This document shows positions 28,447 through 42,884 of a stretch of 64,000 nucleotides of DNA, one piece after another. A program made the position numbers and the translations under genes. Source of the DNA: Octopus vulgaris (Eukaryota). Every line of letters begins with the position of its first letter. Position 1 is the stretch's first letter. The stretch spans positions 145,080,001 to 145,144,000 of the forward strand of contig OX597815.1 of NCBI GenBank assembly GCA_951406725.2, in the 5' to 3' direction. The notes below the pieces were generated by a model, which did no database searches, was not told where the DNA came from, and saw only the letters and a program-made list of their open reading frames with translations.

Positions 28447-28794
28447 TATATAAGCTCAACTTAAAAGTTCTTAAGTAACTCTAGATATAAGTTACATAAT
28501 ATCATTAATTACATATATGCGTACAAAATTGTGTGTGCATATATATATATATATGTATATGTACATATATATATTTATGTATATGTATATATATATGCAC
28601 ATGCACGTATATACACATATATGTAATTAATGATATTATATAACTTATATTTAGAGTTACTAAGAATTTGTAAGTTGAGCTTACAAGCTCTTAAGTCAGT
28701 AAAAGTACTAATAACTCTACAATGGAAACCAATTTCCATGTCTGTTTTCTTGCATCGTCGGCACAAACGGTAGCAGATTATGCAATGTTAGATA

Positions 28795-29900
28795 TTTGGT
28801 TGGTAAGAAAGTCTTGTAAGAAAGTTCACGAACGCATATTTCTTTAGTCTTAATTAATATACTTAATCAAGATTGTATTTCCTCTCATTGTTGATAACAT
28901 AATCCCATCTATTTTGTAAATTTAATCCCTTGGGCATAAAATTATTCAGGTTTCGAAGGAAAGAAACACTCAACGACATTTTTAAGCTCTCCACAATTAT
29001 TTGAAACGATGATAGATGGGATAAACCAAGCGAGTAAGGAGAATGGGGTAAAGTCTCCATATTTTGTGCCTTCATGTTTTCCCGAGCAATTTGGCAACAT
29101 GTGATTCTGTATTATCATGTCAGAGCAATACTCCTTCGCGATTGACAAATGAAGAGTACTTTTGCTGCTATTTTTTGCACAATGCTTCTAATTGACGACA
29201 ACACTTCTTCACGATAACTATTTCGTGTTGGTTTACTATTTCATGATGGACGACACCCTTCATATCTCATCAAATACAGAGCATAACTTTTTTTCGGCTT
29301 TAGTTTTCTTTTTTGTAGGGTTTGGGGATTGATTCCCTTTTTTCGTGGATGATAACCGCTATCGGTTACGATTGTAGGAAAACCACATTCATCACTTGTG
29401 ATGATTCAACGAAGGCAGCAGCAATGACGAGCAGAGGGCAACTGTTTGATTAAACAATCAGGTGATGAGGCACCTACCGGTCAATTTTGGACATTTAGTT
29501 CAAGAAGGAGTTTTATGATCGAAGTTTGACTTGAAACTGATCTGTGTTGTTACCTTTCGAACATTCTACTTTGAAGCTTCCTCAACTACGGTTTCAGAAA
29601 CTCGATACTGAAAGAAGTTGGTCGTCCAGATGGAGGGAGATCTGCGAAAGAAAAATTTCCTGAGCGAAACTGGCCACATCATTGTTGAGGGACCTGGACA
29701 CTTAAAGCTTTATTTCCGCAGAGAAAAGGAGTTTTTTTCTTGCTGCATCCATTGTTGAAAGGCCTTTTTAAATTCATTGTCTAAACTGCATCTGGTCTAA
29801 ACTTGTTCGAGGCTATGTGAGACAATATTTTTCAATGGAATGCTTGAAAATTGGGAATTTTTGCACGAAACCATTGGTCGCATTGTTAATCCACAAATAA
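28795..29900 (-). pseudogene. Decayed near-full-length mariner (DD34D) transposase
   Basis: Frameshifted motifs FRSGNFSFADLPPSGRP, ITSDE, KKVMLCI, HDN and ETLPHSPYS, then RWDYVI. A TA-tttggttgg TIR-like end lies at 28793. Confidence 0.8.
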
Positions 29901-30005
29901 AGAATATACTTATCCACCAAATACAGTACTGAGCACTTTTTCTCACTGTTTGGTACTATCGAGTGTGAGTATATGTGTGTGTGTAGATGTGTGAAGGTGT
30001 GTGTG

Positions 30006-30047
<42 letters not shown>

Positions 30048-30568
30048 TGTGTAAATTAGAGTCGTACAAATAAACTTTGAATAAATAACAGCATATAAAT
30101 CATATTTAGCATGTTCATATATACTCGGACGCGGGAAAAGTTTTCACTGCGGAAGTAGCCTCGAGAAAAAATTATCACCATAGACAATAAATTTACAAAC
30201 ACGCTGGGCTACGACTGACGTAATCAAATGTAGGACACATGCGTTCCTGCGTCACTGCACTTCATCAGCGACGAACATAGCGGTCGTTCTTATATATATA
30301 TAAGAACAGCAAATAGTACATTCGCTGATGTATGCAAAGCTTGGTCAAACTGGAATTTATTAACAAGAGGTACCCAAAGTAGGGTTAAATAAAATATATG
30401 TGTACACATTCATATTGAACACGCTCTTGTACACTCAGAAATGCAGGCGTCCCACAATCTCATGACATTATCAATAGATCAACGTGTTTTCACACATTTG
30501 TCTCTGAGGATATTTTTTCCCCGAGATTATTTACAGAGCGGAAAGTTTCTATGCATCCGAGTGTACAC

Positions 30569-30623
<55 letters not shown>

Positions 30624-31775
30624 TACAAAATGGGACAAGAACGCAAAATATCCGGAAGGCAAGGTGATACAAAAATGGGACTACAAAACATCCAGATAGA
30701 CGATACAAGGAAATAAGGACGGGTCATTCGAAGGTTTCTTTCCTCAGTCAAGCACCAGATTATCCTCGTAATTTCGGCTGATTATACTTGGGATTTCTCC
30801 AATCTGGTCAGCCCCAAGGAAAAACTAATATATATTTGTAATCCCTTGGTTTCGGGTTCAATTCCATACTGCGCGGCATTATGGGCAAATGTTTTCTACT
30901 ATAGCCCTAGGTTCATAAATGCTTTGTGAGTGAATTTGAATTTGGTTGACGGAAACTGTATAGAAATCCGTTATGTGTGTGTATAAGTGTGTGTGTGTGT
31001 GTGTGTTTGTGTGTGCATGCGTGTGTGTAATCTTGTGTTTCGGTTTGTCCTCTTACCGCTTGACAACGGTCTTGGCTTTGTTTACACCCTCGTTGCTTAT
31101 CAGTCCGGCAAAAGTGACCGATATAGTAAATATCAGATTTAATAATAAGTACAGTGGTGGTGGTGGTGGTGGGGGCACTTTGTTCGCTGAAACCCTTCAA
31201 TGCAAAGCCCCAGCATGGTTGTGATCCAAATCACTGAAACAAGTAAAAGGAAAAAAAAAGCAGACAAACAGAAAACGAAAAGAAAGAAGAAGTTGTATGT
31301 CTGAGACCACTTCTTTCTTCCACTAGCCTCCAACGATTGCTATTTGATAGTTCGCAGATGTCCATCAAGTACATTTAAGCCTGTTCTTAACCAAACTCGA
31401 GAATCTAAAAGGCAATAATGATTGAACACATTCAAAAATTACTTTTCCTTTTATTTTTTTAAATATTTTTTCTTACACGCTAATACAAACAACAACAAAA
31501 AATCACCCAGAGTAATTGAAACCAATTTAATAAAAGTAGAACAGATTTATTTTGCGTACCTCCCCACCACCCTAAAAAAATGGAATATGTAATTTCTTTT
31601 TTATCCTACTGCTCGCTTTAATTAACACATTAGTTTCAAATATCAGCGAAAGCTCAAGTTCTTTTAGTGGGAGGCGGGGGAGAAGAAATAGGAAAAGCAT
31701 AAAGTTTATGACTGTTGGATGCTAAGTAGGAATTGATAGCAGATTTAATTCGCCAGTCGACTACCAACTATTATT

Positions 31776-31844
<69 letters not shown>

Positions 31845-31849
31845 ATGTG

Positions 31850-31919
<70 letters not shown>

Positions 31920-32132
31920 TACGATATATATATAATATATATATATATTTATATATATATACGTAGTAAACTTATGACTAATATATATATATATATTGTT
32001 ATATGTTATGTATATATTATAAATTAATATATATATATATATATTATATAAATATTATACGTTACTATATTATTTAGCTAAACTCCGCAATATGACCATT
32101 CCGAAATATAACATATATGTGTGTGTGCTGTG

Positions 32133-32178
<46 letters not shown>

Positions 32179-32197
32179 TGTATATATATATAAATAT

Positions 32198-32241
<44 letters not shown>

Positions 32242-32294
32242 GATATACAATATATATATTGGCTAAACTGGCAATATGACCATATCTGAAATAT

Positions 32295-32350
<56 letters not shown>

Positions 32351-32510
32351 TATGTATTACTCATAAAATACAGTGTACATTTAAACACATAAGGGATCCA
32401 CTCGTAGTATTCATCACGCTAGAAAGAACAGCTAGGTTCCATAACCACAAAATTAGGGATAAAATCCCAAAAGGAACGAAATGAAAAAATAAACTTTTAC
32501 CATCTAGTTT

Positions 32511-32584
32511 CCTGGACCAATTGGTTTCTGATTTTAGTTTAGCAAATAAAGTAATATTCGCTAGGTGAAATCGTCGTCAACAGG
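32511..32584 (-). ncRNA. Hammerhead ribozyme motif, U3 variant
   Basis: CCTG-TTGACGA-C-GATTT..AAATC-A-GAA-ACCAATTGGT-C-CAGG. 10-nt palindromic stem III, GUC triplet. Confidence 0.65.
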
Positions 32585-32830
32585 TACACCTTAGATTAAA
32601 TATATAAAACACGAGGCAATCAATTATATGCCTCTTGTTTATACATCCTAATTTTATGAGTAATACATAGTCTTTGGACTAATTTTTTACACGCTAGGCT
32701 ACTGGAAGTAAAAATTGCTATTAATTTCCATTTCACTTCGACATGATTAAGTATATATATATATTTGATTTTTTTTTTGATTTTGATTTTTCCAGTTTCA
32801 GCTTATGAGCTGTGGCCATGCTGGGGCACC

Positions 32831-32986
<156 letters not shown>

Positions 32987-33019
32987 CTTTTTTTTAAGCA
33001 GCAGAAAATTCAACAAAAT

Positions 33020-33057
33020 CTGTTACTCTGAGTTTCTCGTTGCCGTTCATCAGACAG
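33020..33057 (-). ncRNA. Very compact (38 nt) hammerhead ribozyme motif
   Basis: CTGT-CTGATGA-A-CG-gcaa-CG-A-GAA-ACTCAGAGT-A-ACAG. GNRA-capped stem II, GUA triplet; lies between (TA)n tracts. Confidence 0.7.
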
Positions 33058-33175
33058 TTTTTGCTAGAATAGAACCGATATATCAATTCAATCTAGACTC
33101 TTACAAACGCTACACCTTTAAAAAGAAATGGACTTGTTTGATTGGCCCTTTAGAAAAAAACGGTCAATCTTCGAG

Positions 33176-33357
<182 letters not shown>

Positions 33358-33789
33358 ATGTATGTGTGTGTGTGTGTGTGTGTGTGTAAGGCAGCGAAGC
33401 TGGCAGAAACGTTAGCACGCCGAGCAAAATGCTTAGCAGTATTTCGTCTGTATTAATGTTCTGAGCTCAAATTCCGCCGAGGTCTGTTTTGTCTTTCATC
33501 CTTTCGGGGTCGATAAATTAAATACCAATTGTGTACTGGAGTCGATCTAATCGATTGGCCTCCTCCCCATAATTTCGGGCCTTGTGTCTAGAGAAGAAAT
33601 GAATATTTTCTAATTAATGTGTTATACAGTGCAGTACTGTATTTTTATTTATTACTTTTTAGGCGTGAAAATGCTTATTTTACCACAGAAATAATTAAAA
33701 TCTAAAAAATTTAAATACCTATCGGCCGCAGGAACTCGCGTTATATAGAGGAATCCGCGATATAAATTTATATATATTAGCCAAAAAAT

Positions 33790-34845
33790 CCATGATGTAT
33801 TGAGTGCGCGATAGGTGAACCGCGATGTACTGAGGGCACGATTGGTGAACTACGATGTATTGAGTTTGCGATAGGTGAACCGCGATGTACAGAGTGCGCG
33901 ATAGGTGAACCGCGATGAGTGAACCGCGATGTTTTGAGAGCGAGCTAGGTGAACTGCGATGTACTGAGTGCTCGATGGGTGAATTGCGATGTTCTGAGTG
34001 CACAATAGGTAAACCGCGATATACTGAGGGCGCGATAGGTGAACCGCGATGTTCTGAGTGTGTGATAGGTGAACCGCGATGCATTGAGTTTGCGATAGGA
34101 GAACCGCAATGTACTAAGTGCGCGATAGGTGAACCGTGATGTACTGAATGCGCAATAGCTGAACCGCGATGTACTGAGTGCGCAATAGGTGAACCGCGAT
34201 TGGTGAATCACGATGTATTGAGTTTGCGATAGGAGAACCGCAATGTAGTGAGGGCGTAATGGGTGAACCACGATCTACTGAGGGCACGATAGATGAACCG
34301 CAATGTTCGGAGTGCGCAATAAGTGAACCGTGATAGGTGAATCGTGATGTATCGAGTTTGTGACAGGTGAACCGTGATGTACTGAGTGCGCGATAGGTGA
34401 ACTGTTATAAGTGAACTGTTATAAGTGAACCGCGATGCTTTGAGGGCACGATAGGTGGACCGCGATGCACTGAGGGCGTGATGGGTGAATTGCGGTGTAC
34501 TGAGTTCATGATAGGTGAACCGCGATGTTCTGAATGCGCGACGGGTGAACCACGATGTTCTGAGGGCGCGATAGGTGAACCCTGATAGGTGAACCGCAAT
34601 GTTTTGGGGGCGTAATAGGTGAACTGCGCTGTACTGAGGGCGCGATAGGTAAACCGCGATGTTCTGAGTGTATGATGGGTGAACCGTGATGTACTGAGTG
34701 CACGATAGGTGAACCGCGATGTTCTGAATGTGTGACGGGTGAACCGCGATGTTCTGTGTGTGCGATAGGTGAACCGCGATATACTGAGTGCGCGATCGGT
34801 GAATTGCGATGTACTGAAGGCGCGATAGGTGAACCAAGGCATGGT
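33790..34845 (+). repeat. CpG-rich 30-bp minisatellite, about 35 units, in a pogo/Tigger-like terminal region
   Basis: Consensus GATAGGTGAACCGCGATGTACTGAGTGCGC. The array ends aggtgaacc..gagggattact.ta, which resembles a DNA-transposon terminus. Confidence 0.85.
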
Positions 34846-35330
34846 GAGGGATTACTCTAGTCGATTACGTTGATTCCAGTGTTCAGTTTGTACTTATTTC
34901 ATCGATCTCGAAAGGACGAAAAGCAAAGTTGACTTGGAACGTAAAGAGCAAAAAGTGTCGATAAGCATTTTTGTCTGTCAAATTGATAAATGATGGAAAC
35001 CTCCGTCCATATTTTCCATAAAAAAACCATCGATTTTCTAACACAGGCCCAATTTAGAATTCCATACTCATAATATGTTGATCTGTGCATATATAAATCT
35101 TTCTGTCTGTCTCCTCCTCCCTCTCTATCTCTCTATCCCTGTCATATACATATGCTTGTATATGTATGTGTGTATAGATGTTCGCACTTACATACATGTG
35201 TGTGAGTGGGTGTGTGAGTATGTATAAATCTTTCTGTCTGCTTGTCTGCCTGTCTGTCTGTGTCCTCTTTCTCTCTGTGTATCAACATATATATACGTAT
35301 GCGCATACGTCCATGTGGACATGTATATGT

Positions 35331-35371
<41 letters not shown>

Positions 35372-35881
35372 CTCTATACATGTTTGTGTGTATACGTGTG
35401 TATGTGCGTATATATACATATATATATATATGTGTGTGTGTGTATCACGTGTGAATGTTTGTATATTAGAGCTGAATGGTTTGTCTTGTACATTAACAAA
35501 TGTCTATAGTACACACAAAAAAAAAAAATAAATTTCAGACGGAATCAATACCGAAAAGAATAAAAATAAAGAAAAGAAGAACAACAACAAACCAAGAATA
35601 ATAATTTATATCTCGTTGACTTATTAAAAGCCATATTTCAAGTTCCATTTAACTATTCGTCCATTGGTCTTTACTTTTTTCTGTCTTCGTAGCCGACGAG
35701 AGTTATAAAACCAAAACTGGTTTGGAGTAAAGAACGTTGAAATATGGCACTCCATCGGTTACGACGATGTGGGTTCCAGTATGATAAATCAACTGTCTGC
35801 TTCTGCTGTCTGTCTGTGTACTTTCTCTCTGTGCACCATTAATATATTACGAGATTCAGCGTCCATGTGACATGTATATGT

Positions 35882-35922
<41 letters not shown>

Positions 35923-36119
35923 CAGGGTTCGCCGCCACCATCCACTGCCGGAGCCTCGTGGAGGTATATGTGTCGTATATATATGTATATATATATATAT
36001 ATCACCGTGATCACCGTGACCGACCAGGCTATCAGATGTTGCTACACATCGCTGATCACAATGCGCTTCGCATTGTTTTAGCCTCCAAATGACGCTACTC
36101 CGCTGGCTAAGCGAGCAGG

Positions 36120-36188
<69 letters not shown>

Positions 36189-36237
36189 ATATATACATAT
36201 ATATATATACATATATTTACATATATATATATATATG

Positions 36238-36288
<51 letters not shown>

Positions 36289-36299
36289 TATAGGATAAA

Positions 36300-36833
36300 T
36301 TTTTTTTCGGGAAAAAATTTTATCAATGGCCAGCATATCAAAAAATGCCTTTAAAGGTTAAATTTATAAATAATTTACAAGATAAGGGCAGAAGAAAATT
36401 CTAATGCCAAATATGCCGAAACAAAAAATTGTCGATAACCATTATGATTTATGCGTCTCGAAACAAACCGATAGAAATCTCTAAAAAATTCGTTATTACC
36501 GATCCAATTTCGGGGTTAATTCATAAGAACATTTTCCTTCTTCAGCGGCAAATACGCGAGATATAAGTGAAATACTTACTCATACTCATGGAAAAAGTCA
36601 CAAGTCCTGAGCAGACTTAAGTTCTCCAAATATATCCAAATAGAAAAATCTCGCACACCTCGAGACAAGTGTGATTCGAACTAGAAACGTTCACAGAGTG
36701 ATAGAATCCGGTAATAACGAACTTTTTAGAGATTTCATCGGTTTGTTTCGAGACGCATAAATCATAATGGTTATCGACAATTTTTGTTTCGGCATATTTG
36801 GCATTAGAATTTTTCTTCTGCCCTTATCTTGTA

Positions 36834-36840
<7 letters not shown>
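36300..36840. mobile_element. (TA)n-flanked fold-back element, Penelope-like pseudo-LTR remnant
   Basis: Inverted arms 36373-36501 and 36709-36836. A CTGAAGA..GAAA HHR-like motif lies on the minus strand at about 36498-36549. Confidence 0.6.
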
Positions 36841-36925
<85 letters not shown>

Positions 36926-37339
36926 GTATTTATATATATGTATATATGTATATATATATATATGTATGTGTGTGTTTGTGTGTCTGTGTTTGTAACCCAC
37001 CATCACTTGACAACCGCTGTCGGTGTGTTTACGTTCCCGTAACCATAGCGGGTTAAGCAAAAAAGACCGATAGATTAAGTACTAGGCTTACAAAATTTGA
37101 GTCCTGGTGTCGATTTGTTCGACTAAAGGCGGTGCTCTAGCATGGCCGCAGTCAAATGACTGAAACAAGTAAAAGAATAAAAGAATATATATGTGTGTGT
37201 GTGTATGTATGTGTGTGTAATCACAATCAGTTGTGATAAGCCAAAAACAAAAATAGTATAAAGTAAATAAATAAATAAATAAAGTATGCTCTAAAAATAT
37301 CTTTAGTTGTACTTTTATACATTCAAGCAGTATATATAT

Positions 37340-37630
37340 ATGGTCATGTCATTAACCGGTCAGAAGTTACGATTGGTCTCCCGTCAATGATTGCACTGGA
37401 AAATATTGACGTCTCATCACACATGCTGGCCAGAAGCACGTAGCTTCTTTACTGATGGATGTAAATGTACAGTCTTTCTCAGTTAGGTCTCCCAGAACGT
37501 TCGTCAATATCGACATTTTTTCGGCCATCTTGGGAACATCTGAACCACTCGTACACTTGCGTGCGGCTCATACACTCCTCTCCATACACTTTCTGCAACA
37601 TTGCATAGGTTTCTGAGCAGGTATGTGAGA
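37340..37630 (-). pseudogene. Mariner transposase HTH fragment
   Basis: [44 protein letters not shown]. Confidence 0.8.
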
Positions 37631-38416
37631 GGATCTGGTTGACGGAAACTGAATGAAGACCGACGGGTATATACATGTGTGTGTGTGTGTGTGTTTGTGC
37701 GTTTCTGTTATCCCCAACACCACTTAAGAACCGATGCTGGTTGTTTACGTCCTCGTAACAGCAGTTCCAACAGAAATCGACAGAACCGAAGTGCCATGCC
37801 AGACTTGGAATCCATCCATCCATCCATCCATCCATCCATCCATCCATCCATCCATCCATCCATCCATCCATCCATCCATCCATCCATCCATCCATACATA
37901 CATACATACATACATACATACATACATACATACATACATACATACATACATACATACATACATACATACAAGAGCGTAGGCTCGAAACGTTGAAGACTTT
38001 TTCACTTCCCGAGCGTTAGACTAATACATCTGTTTGTTGTCTACACCACCTGTCTTCGTCTTTTGATTTTTTTTGTGAATTCTCCCCATGTATTACACAC
38101 TCACGTGGTAGCAGAAGTTGATCCTGTCTCCTCTCATCACCCACTAACTTACTTTCTACACTGCAGCTGCACCTCTCCTGTCTATGGATTACCCTGGACT
38201 CTTCTGTTGATGAGAAATTGTTCCAATACACCACGGCGTCTGAAGTTTTTGAACCTTTTGAAGTTTTCGTAACTTTTTTCTTTCTGTGTTCCTTTTTGTG
38301 GAAGAGCGTACGCTCGAAACGTTAAAGACTTTTACACTTCCAGAGCGTTATTCTAATAACTAATACATCTGTTTGTTGTCTACACCACTTGTCTTCATCT
38401 GTTTTTTTTTGTGAAT

Positions 38417-38492
<76 letters not shown>

Positions 38493-38518
38493 CACACACA
38501 CACATATATACACACACA

Positions 38519-38572
<54 letters not shown>

Positions 38573-38691
38573 TATGGACAATTTGCTTGATTAAAAACCC
38601 TTCAAGGCGGTGCCCTAGCATAGCCGCAGTCCACAGGCTGAAACAAAGAAATGCTAAAAGACAGATAAAATACGTACACACACGCACACAG

Positions 38692-38775
<84 letters not shown>

Positions 38776-39181
38776 ACATGCACAATTACAATGTGCGATG
38801 TGTACAATAATTTCGATAAGGAAAAAAATTACAGCATTAAAAAAAATGAAAAAGAAAAAAACCCTCAAAAAACGCTGAAACTGCAGGTTTTCTGTGTGAC
38901 GAACTATTCTGGTGAAATCAAAGTTTACTTTTCTTCGTAACGCTTTTTCAATTGGTTTATGGAAGTTGACATTGGTAGGCGGTCGCTTCTCACAGACTCT
39001 CAGACATGTCAGCCGTACTGTACCAAAATCTAAGTCATGGTAACCGAACACAGTGCCATTACACACACGCGTACACACACACACGTGTTTACGCGCGTGT
39101 GTGTATACATACATACAGAAACTTATGTATATATACGAATGCATACATTCATAGATACACACACATCTATTTATGTATATA

Positions 39182-39314
<133 letters not shown>

Positions 39315-39947
39315 ATATATATATATACACACACACGTATATATTACTTACATATACACACACACGCACATGTGTGTGTGTACTCTCAAAGAGATCGGTT
39401 TACCATCGTTCAGTTTTTCATCGTCTCTTCCTCCCACTCCTTATTCCTTTGCCTCACCCTATACCTCTTATATTTATTTTCTCTCTCCCACCTTTTTTAT
39501 TTTTCCTTTTCGTGTCGTTTGTTGCTGTTCTTTTTTGTTTTTACATTCACTTTTCTTCCTTTTTCATTCATTCATTCATTTATTCATTCATTCGTGGATT
39601 TTGTTCTAATTTTTTCTCGTTCTTCTGCTCTTGTACTTATTCGTCGTCTTCCTCTTATTCACACCATTCCCTCCACAATCTTCTTCTTCTTCTTCTTCTT
39701 CTTCTTCTTCTTCTTCTTCTTCTTCTTCTTCTTCTTCTTCTTCTTCTTCTTCTTCTTCTTCTTCTTCTTCTTTTTCTTCTTCTTCTCTTCATCATCCTTC
39801 CTACTTCTTCCTATCGGTCTACAACTGCTGCTGGTGTTCGTGCCGGTGCTGTGTGTGCGTGTGTGAGTGTGTGTGTGTGTCCGGGGTAGGTTTTATCTGC
39901 TGATAAATGGCACCGTGAAAGACGAGAAGTAGAAACAAACTGTTAAG

Positions 39948-39997
39948 ATGCTCTGTTCAGAGATTCTGAGATTCCATTTCCTGAAGAAGTCACATTG
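39948..39997 (+). CDS. Possible first coding exon of a second gene (MLCSEILRFHFLKKSH...)
   Basis: Island of unique sequence with an ATG and a TG|gtaaga donor, preceded by UTR-like (TTC)n/(GT)n sequence. No downstream exon found. Confidence 0.25.
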
Positions 39998-40100
39998 GTA
40001 AGAAGTGAGTTCATAATTTCGACTGCTCAGCAGTTCTCGTGACATACATATATATCATTGCTGAGAATTGGGAAAAATAAAAAGACAATGAAGAACAAGT

Positions 40101-40198
<98 letters not shown>

Positions 40199-40214
40199 CA
40201 CACACACACATATA

Positions 40215-40349
<135 letters not shown>

Positions 40350-40516
40350 GTATATAAAAATGAAAGAAAGAAAAATATTTGAAGTTGTATTTGTCCTTCT
40401 TTGTCATCCCTCTTTGCATATTTACACACCCACAACACCCACATCATACACACTCATACACTAAGATATTAAACATTATATATATGTCATAAATATTTGT
40501 TCTTGCCTATATTACG

Positions 40517-40558
<42 letters not shown>

Positions 40559-40572
40559 TTTCTTTACAAGCG

Positions 40573-40616
<44 letters not shown>

Positions 40617-40924
40617 ATGTATATATATATGTGTGTGTGTGTGTGAGAGAGAGTGTGTGTATGCATGGACAAACACTACATACATACATATACGCATATA
40701 CTTACATATATACATACTCATATACATATATTTATTTATATGCATATTTGTATATATGTGTTTATATATATATGTATATATATATATATATATAATGGTG
40801 GTGTGTATATATGTATGTAAGTATGTGTACACATACACATATATGTCTTCACTTATAATAACAGACTGTTTCATGCATGAAAGCATGCAATAATGTAATC
40901 TTAATATTATAATAATACTAGTTT

Positions 40925-40972
40925 ATCCTAGACGCACGTGTTTCTGATATTTCTTGTATCTTCATCAGTGAG
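40925..40972 (-). ncRNA. Hammerhead-like motif; a related degenerate motif lies on + at about 41316-41357
   Basis: CTGATGA-A-GATA-caagaaa-TATC-A-GAAAC-acgtgc-GTC. Stem I is imperfect. Confidence 0.55.
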
Positions 40973-41427
40973 AAAGAGAAATTTGGAAATTCCCGTGCTG
41001 TTCCATCTTAACGGGCTATTGCACTGCTTTTTTTGTATTGGTAGATCGATGCTGTTATAACACATATATATGTGGACAGATATACTGAGAATTTTCGTTA
41101 TTTAACGCCTAGACCTAACTAGTAGAGAACGCGTCTACGTATTGTACAAGTTATGTTATTTGGAACTGAGTGCCTAATGCTATCTCCTTAATCATTGTCC
41201 GTAAGATTAATTTGTCGACGGGGATAATAATTCTTAACACAACGCATTTAACCATACGTTGTTAGCATCATAGATCGATAGACATGCATATATACAGAAA
41301 CGATACCTAACAATTCCTCACTGATGAAGTGAAAAGTATCAGAAACGTATGCTTTTGATGCAAAATTCATATTATTTTGGTATTAATACTTGTATTTTCT
41401 CGTGCATTTTGATGCACATATTCTATG

Positions 41428-41527
<100 letters not shown>

Positions 41528-41849
41528 CCCTCTCTTTCTCTTATAGGTGTACATACACAGATATTGATACGGACGCCAAAGTGAAAGATGGAGCGACGAC
41601 ATTAAGGAGTGGTCGCGGACTGTTCTAGTGTTTTGCAAGAAGTGGTGGTTGTGTTTCAGAGATTTGAACCCTCAGCCATTAGGATATCCACATTCTTTTA
41701 TCCCTATGCCTACACCTAAAACTGTAATAGACAATAAAAAAAATTACTGCTTAAAAGCACAATTCATTTACAATAATCATATAAATTATCAAAGTAATTT
41801 AAGACAAAATATTTTTGAGGTATTTATAACAGGATTATTATTATTATTA

Positions 41850-41934
<85 letters not shown>

Positions 41935-42150
41935 ATTAAGGTGGCGAGCTGGCAGAATCGTTAACATGCCGGGCGAAATGCTTAGCGTATTGTGCCCTTT
42001 GCTACGTTCTGAGTTCAAATTCCGCCGAGGCTGACTTTGCCTCTCATCCTTTCGGATACGATAAATCAAGTACCAGTTACGTACAGGGGTCAATGTAATC
42101 GACTAGTTCACTCACCACAAATTTCATGCCTAGTGCCTATAGTAGAAAGG

Positions 42151-42265
<115 letters not shown>

Positions 42266-42269
42266 TATG

Positions 42270-42540
42270 AAAACTCACAGCCTAATTTTGCTGGGTTTGA
42301 TGGAGAGTGGCAGCTGTCCACAGCCAGCAGACCAAGGTGACACTTGTTTACTGGTCATACTTCAAGAACCTTGCGAAGAATTCTTGCAGTTCCAAGCAAT
42401 GCTGATTTTTGTAGGTGTTCTACCTTCACACTTGCACCGATCTTTTTCAGCCATGCTGGTAGTTGAGTGCTGATACTTCCAAGAGCACCAATTACTATTG
42501 GAATCACGTCTACTATTGGAATCACGCCTGTTGTCACCGG
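42270..42540 (-). mobile_element. R4/Dong-like 3' fragment
   Basis: IPIVIGALG..LQKSALLGTARILRKVLE between (TAA)n and (TTC)n. A related 3' end lies at about 7090-7195. Confidence 0.75.
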
Positions 42541-42602
42541 CGAATGCTATGTCGATTCCCCTTCTTCTTCTTCTTCTTCTTCTTCTTCTTCTTCTTCTTC
42601 TT

Positions 42603-42633
<31 letters not shown>

Positions 42634-42884
42634 GTAATAGTAGTAGTAGTAGCAGCAGCAGCAGTTAAAGTATTAGTAGGGGTAGTAGTAGTAGTAGTAA
42701 TATTCGTAGTAGTAATAGTCGTAGTAGTAATAGTAGTAGTAGTAGTAGTAGTAGTAGAGAAGAGGAGATGGAGGAAAAGGAGGAGGAGGATGAGGAGGAG
42801 GGGAGCTAAACGGTTAGAGGAACTTGAAGGAGAAGTAAGTCAAGAAGGAACGGGGTAAAACAAAGGACTAAAAGGGTGTCCTCT

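Noticed and set aside
33790-34845. CRISPR-like array (constant ataggtgaaccgcgatg with variable gaps)
   Set aside because: The intervening segments are about 13 bp and homologous to one another. There are no cas genes and the context is eukaryotic; it is a minisatellite. Its ORFs are repeat translations.
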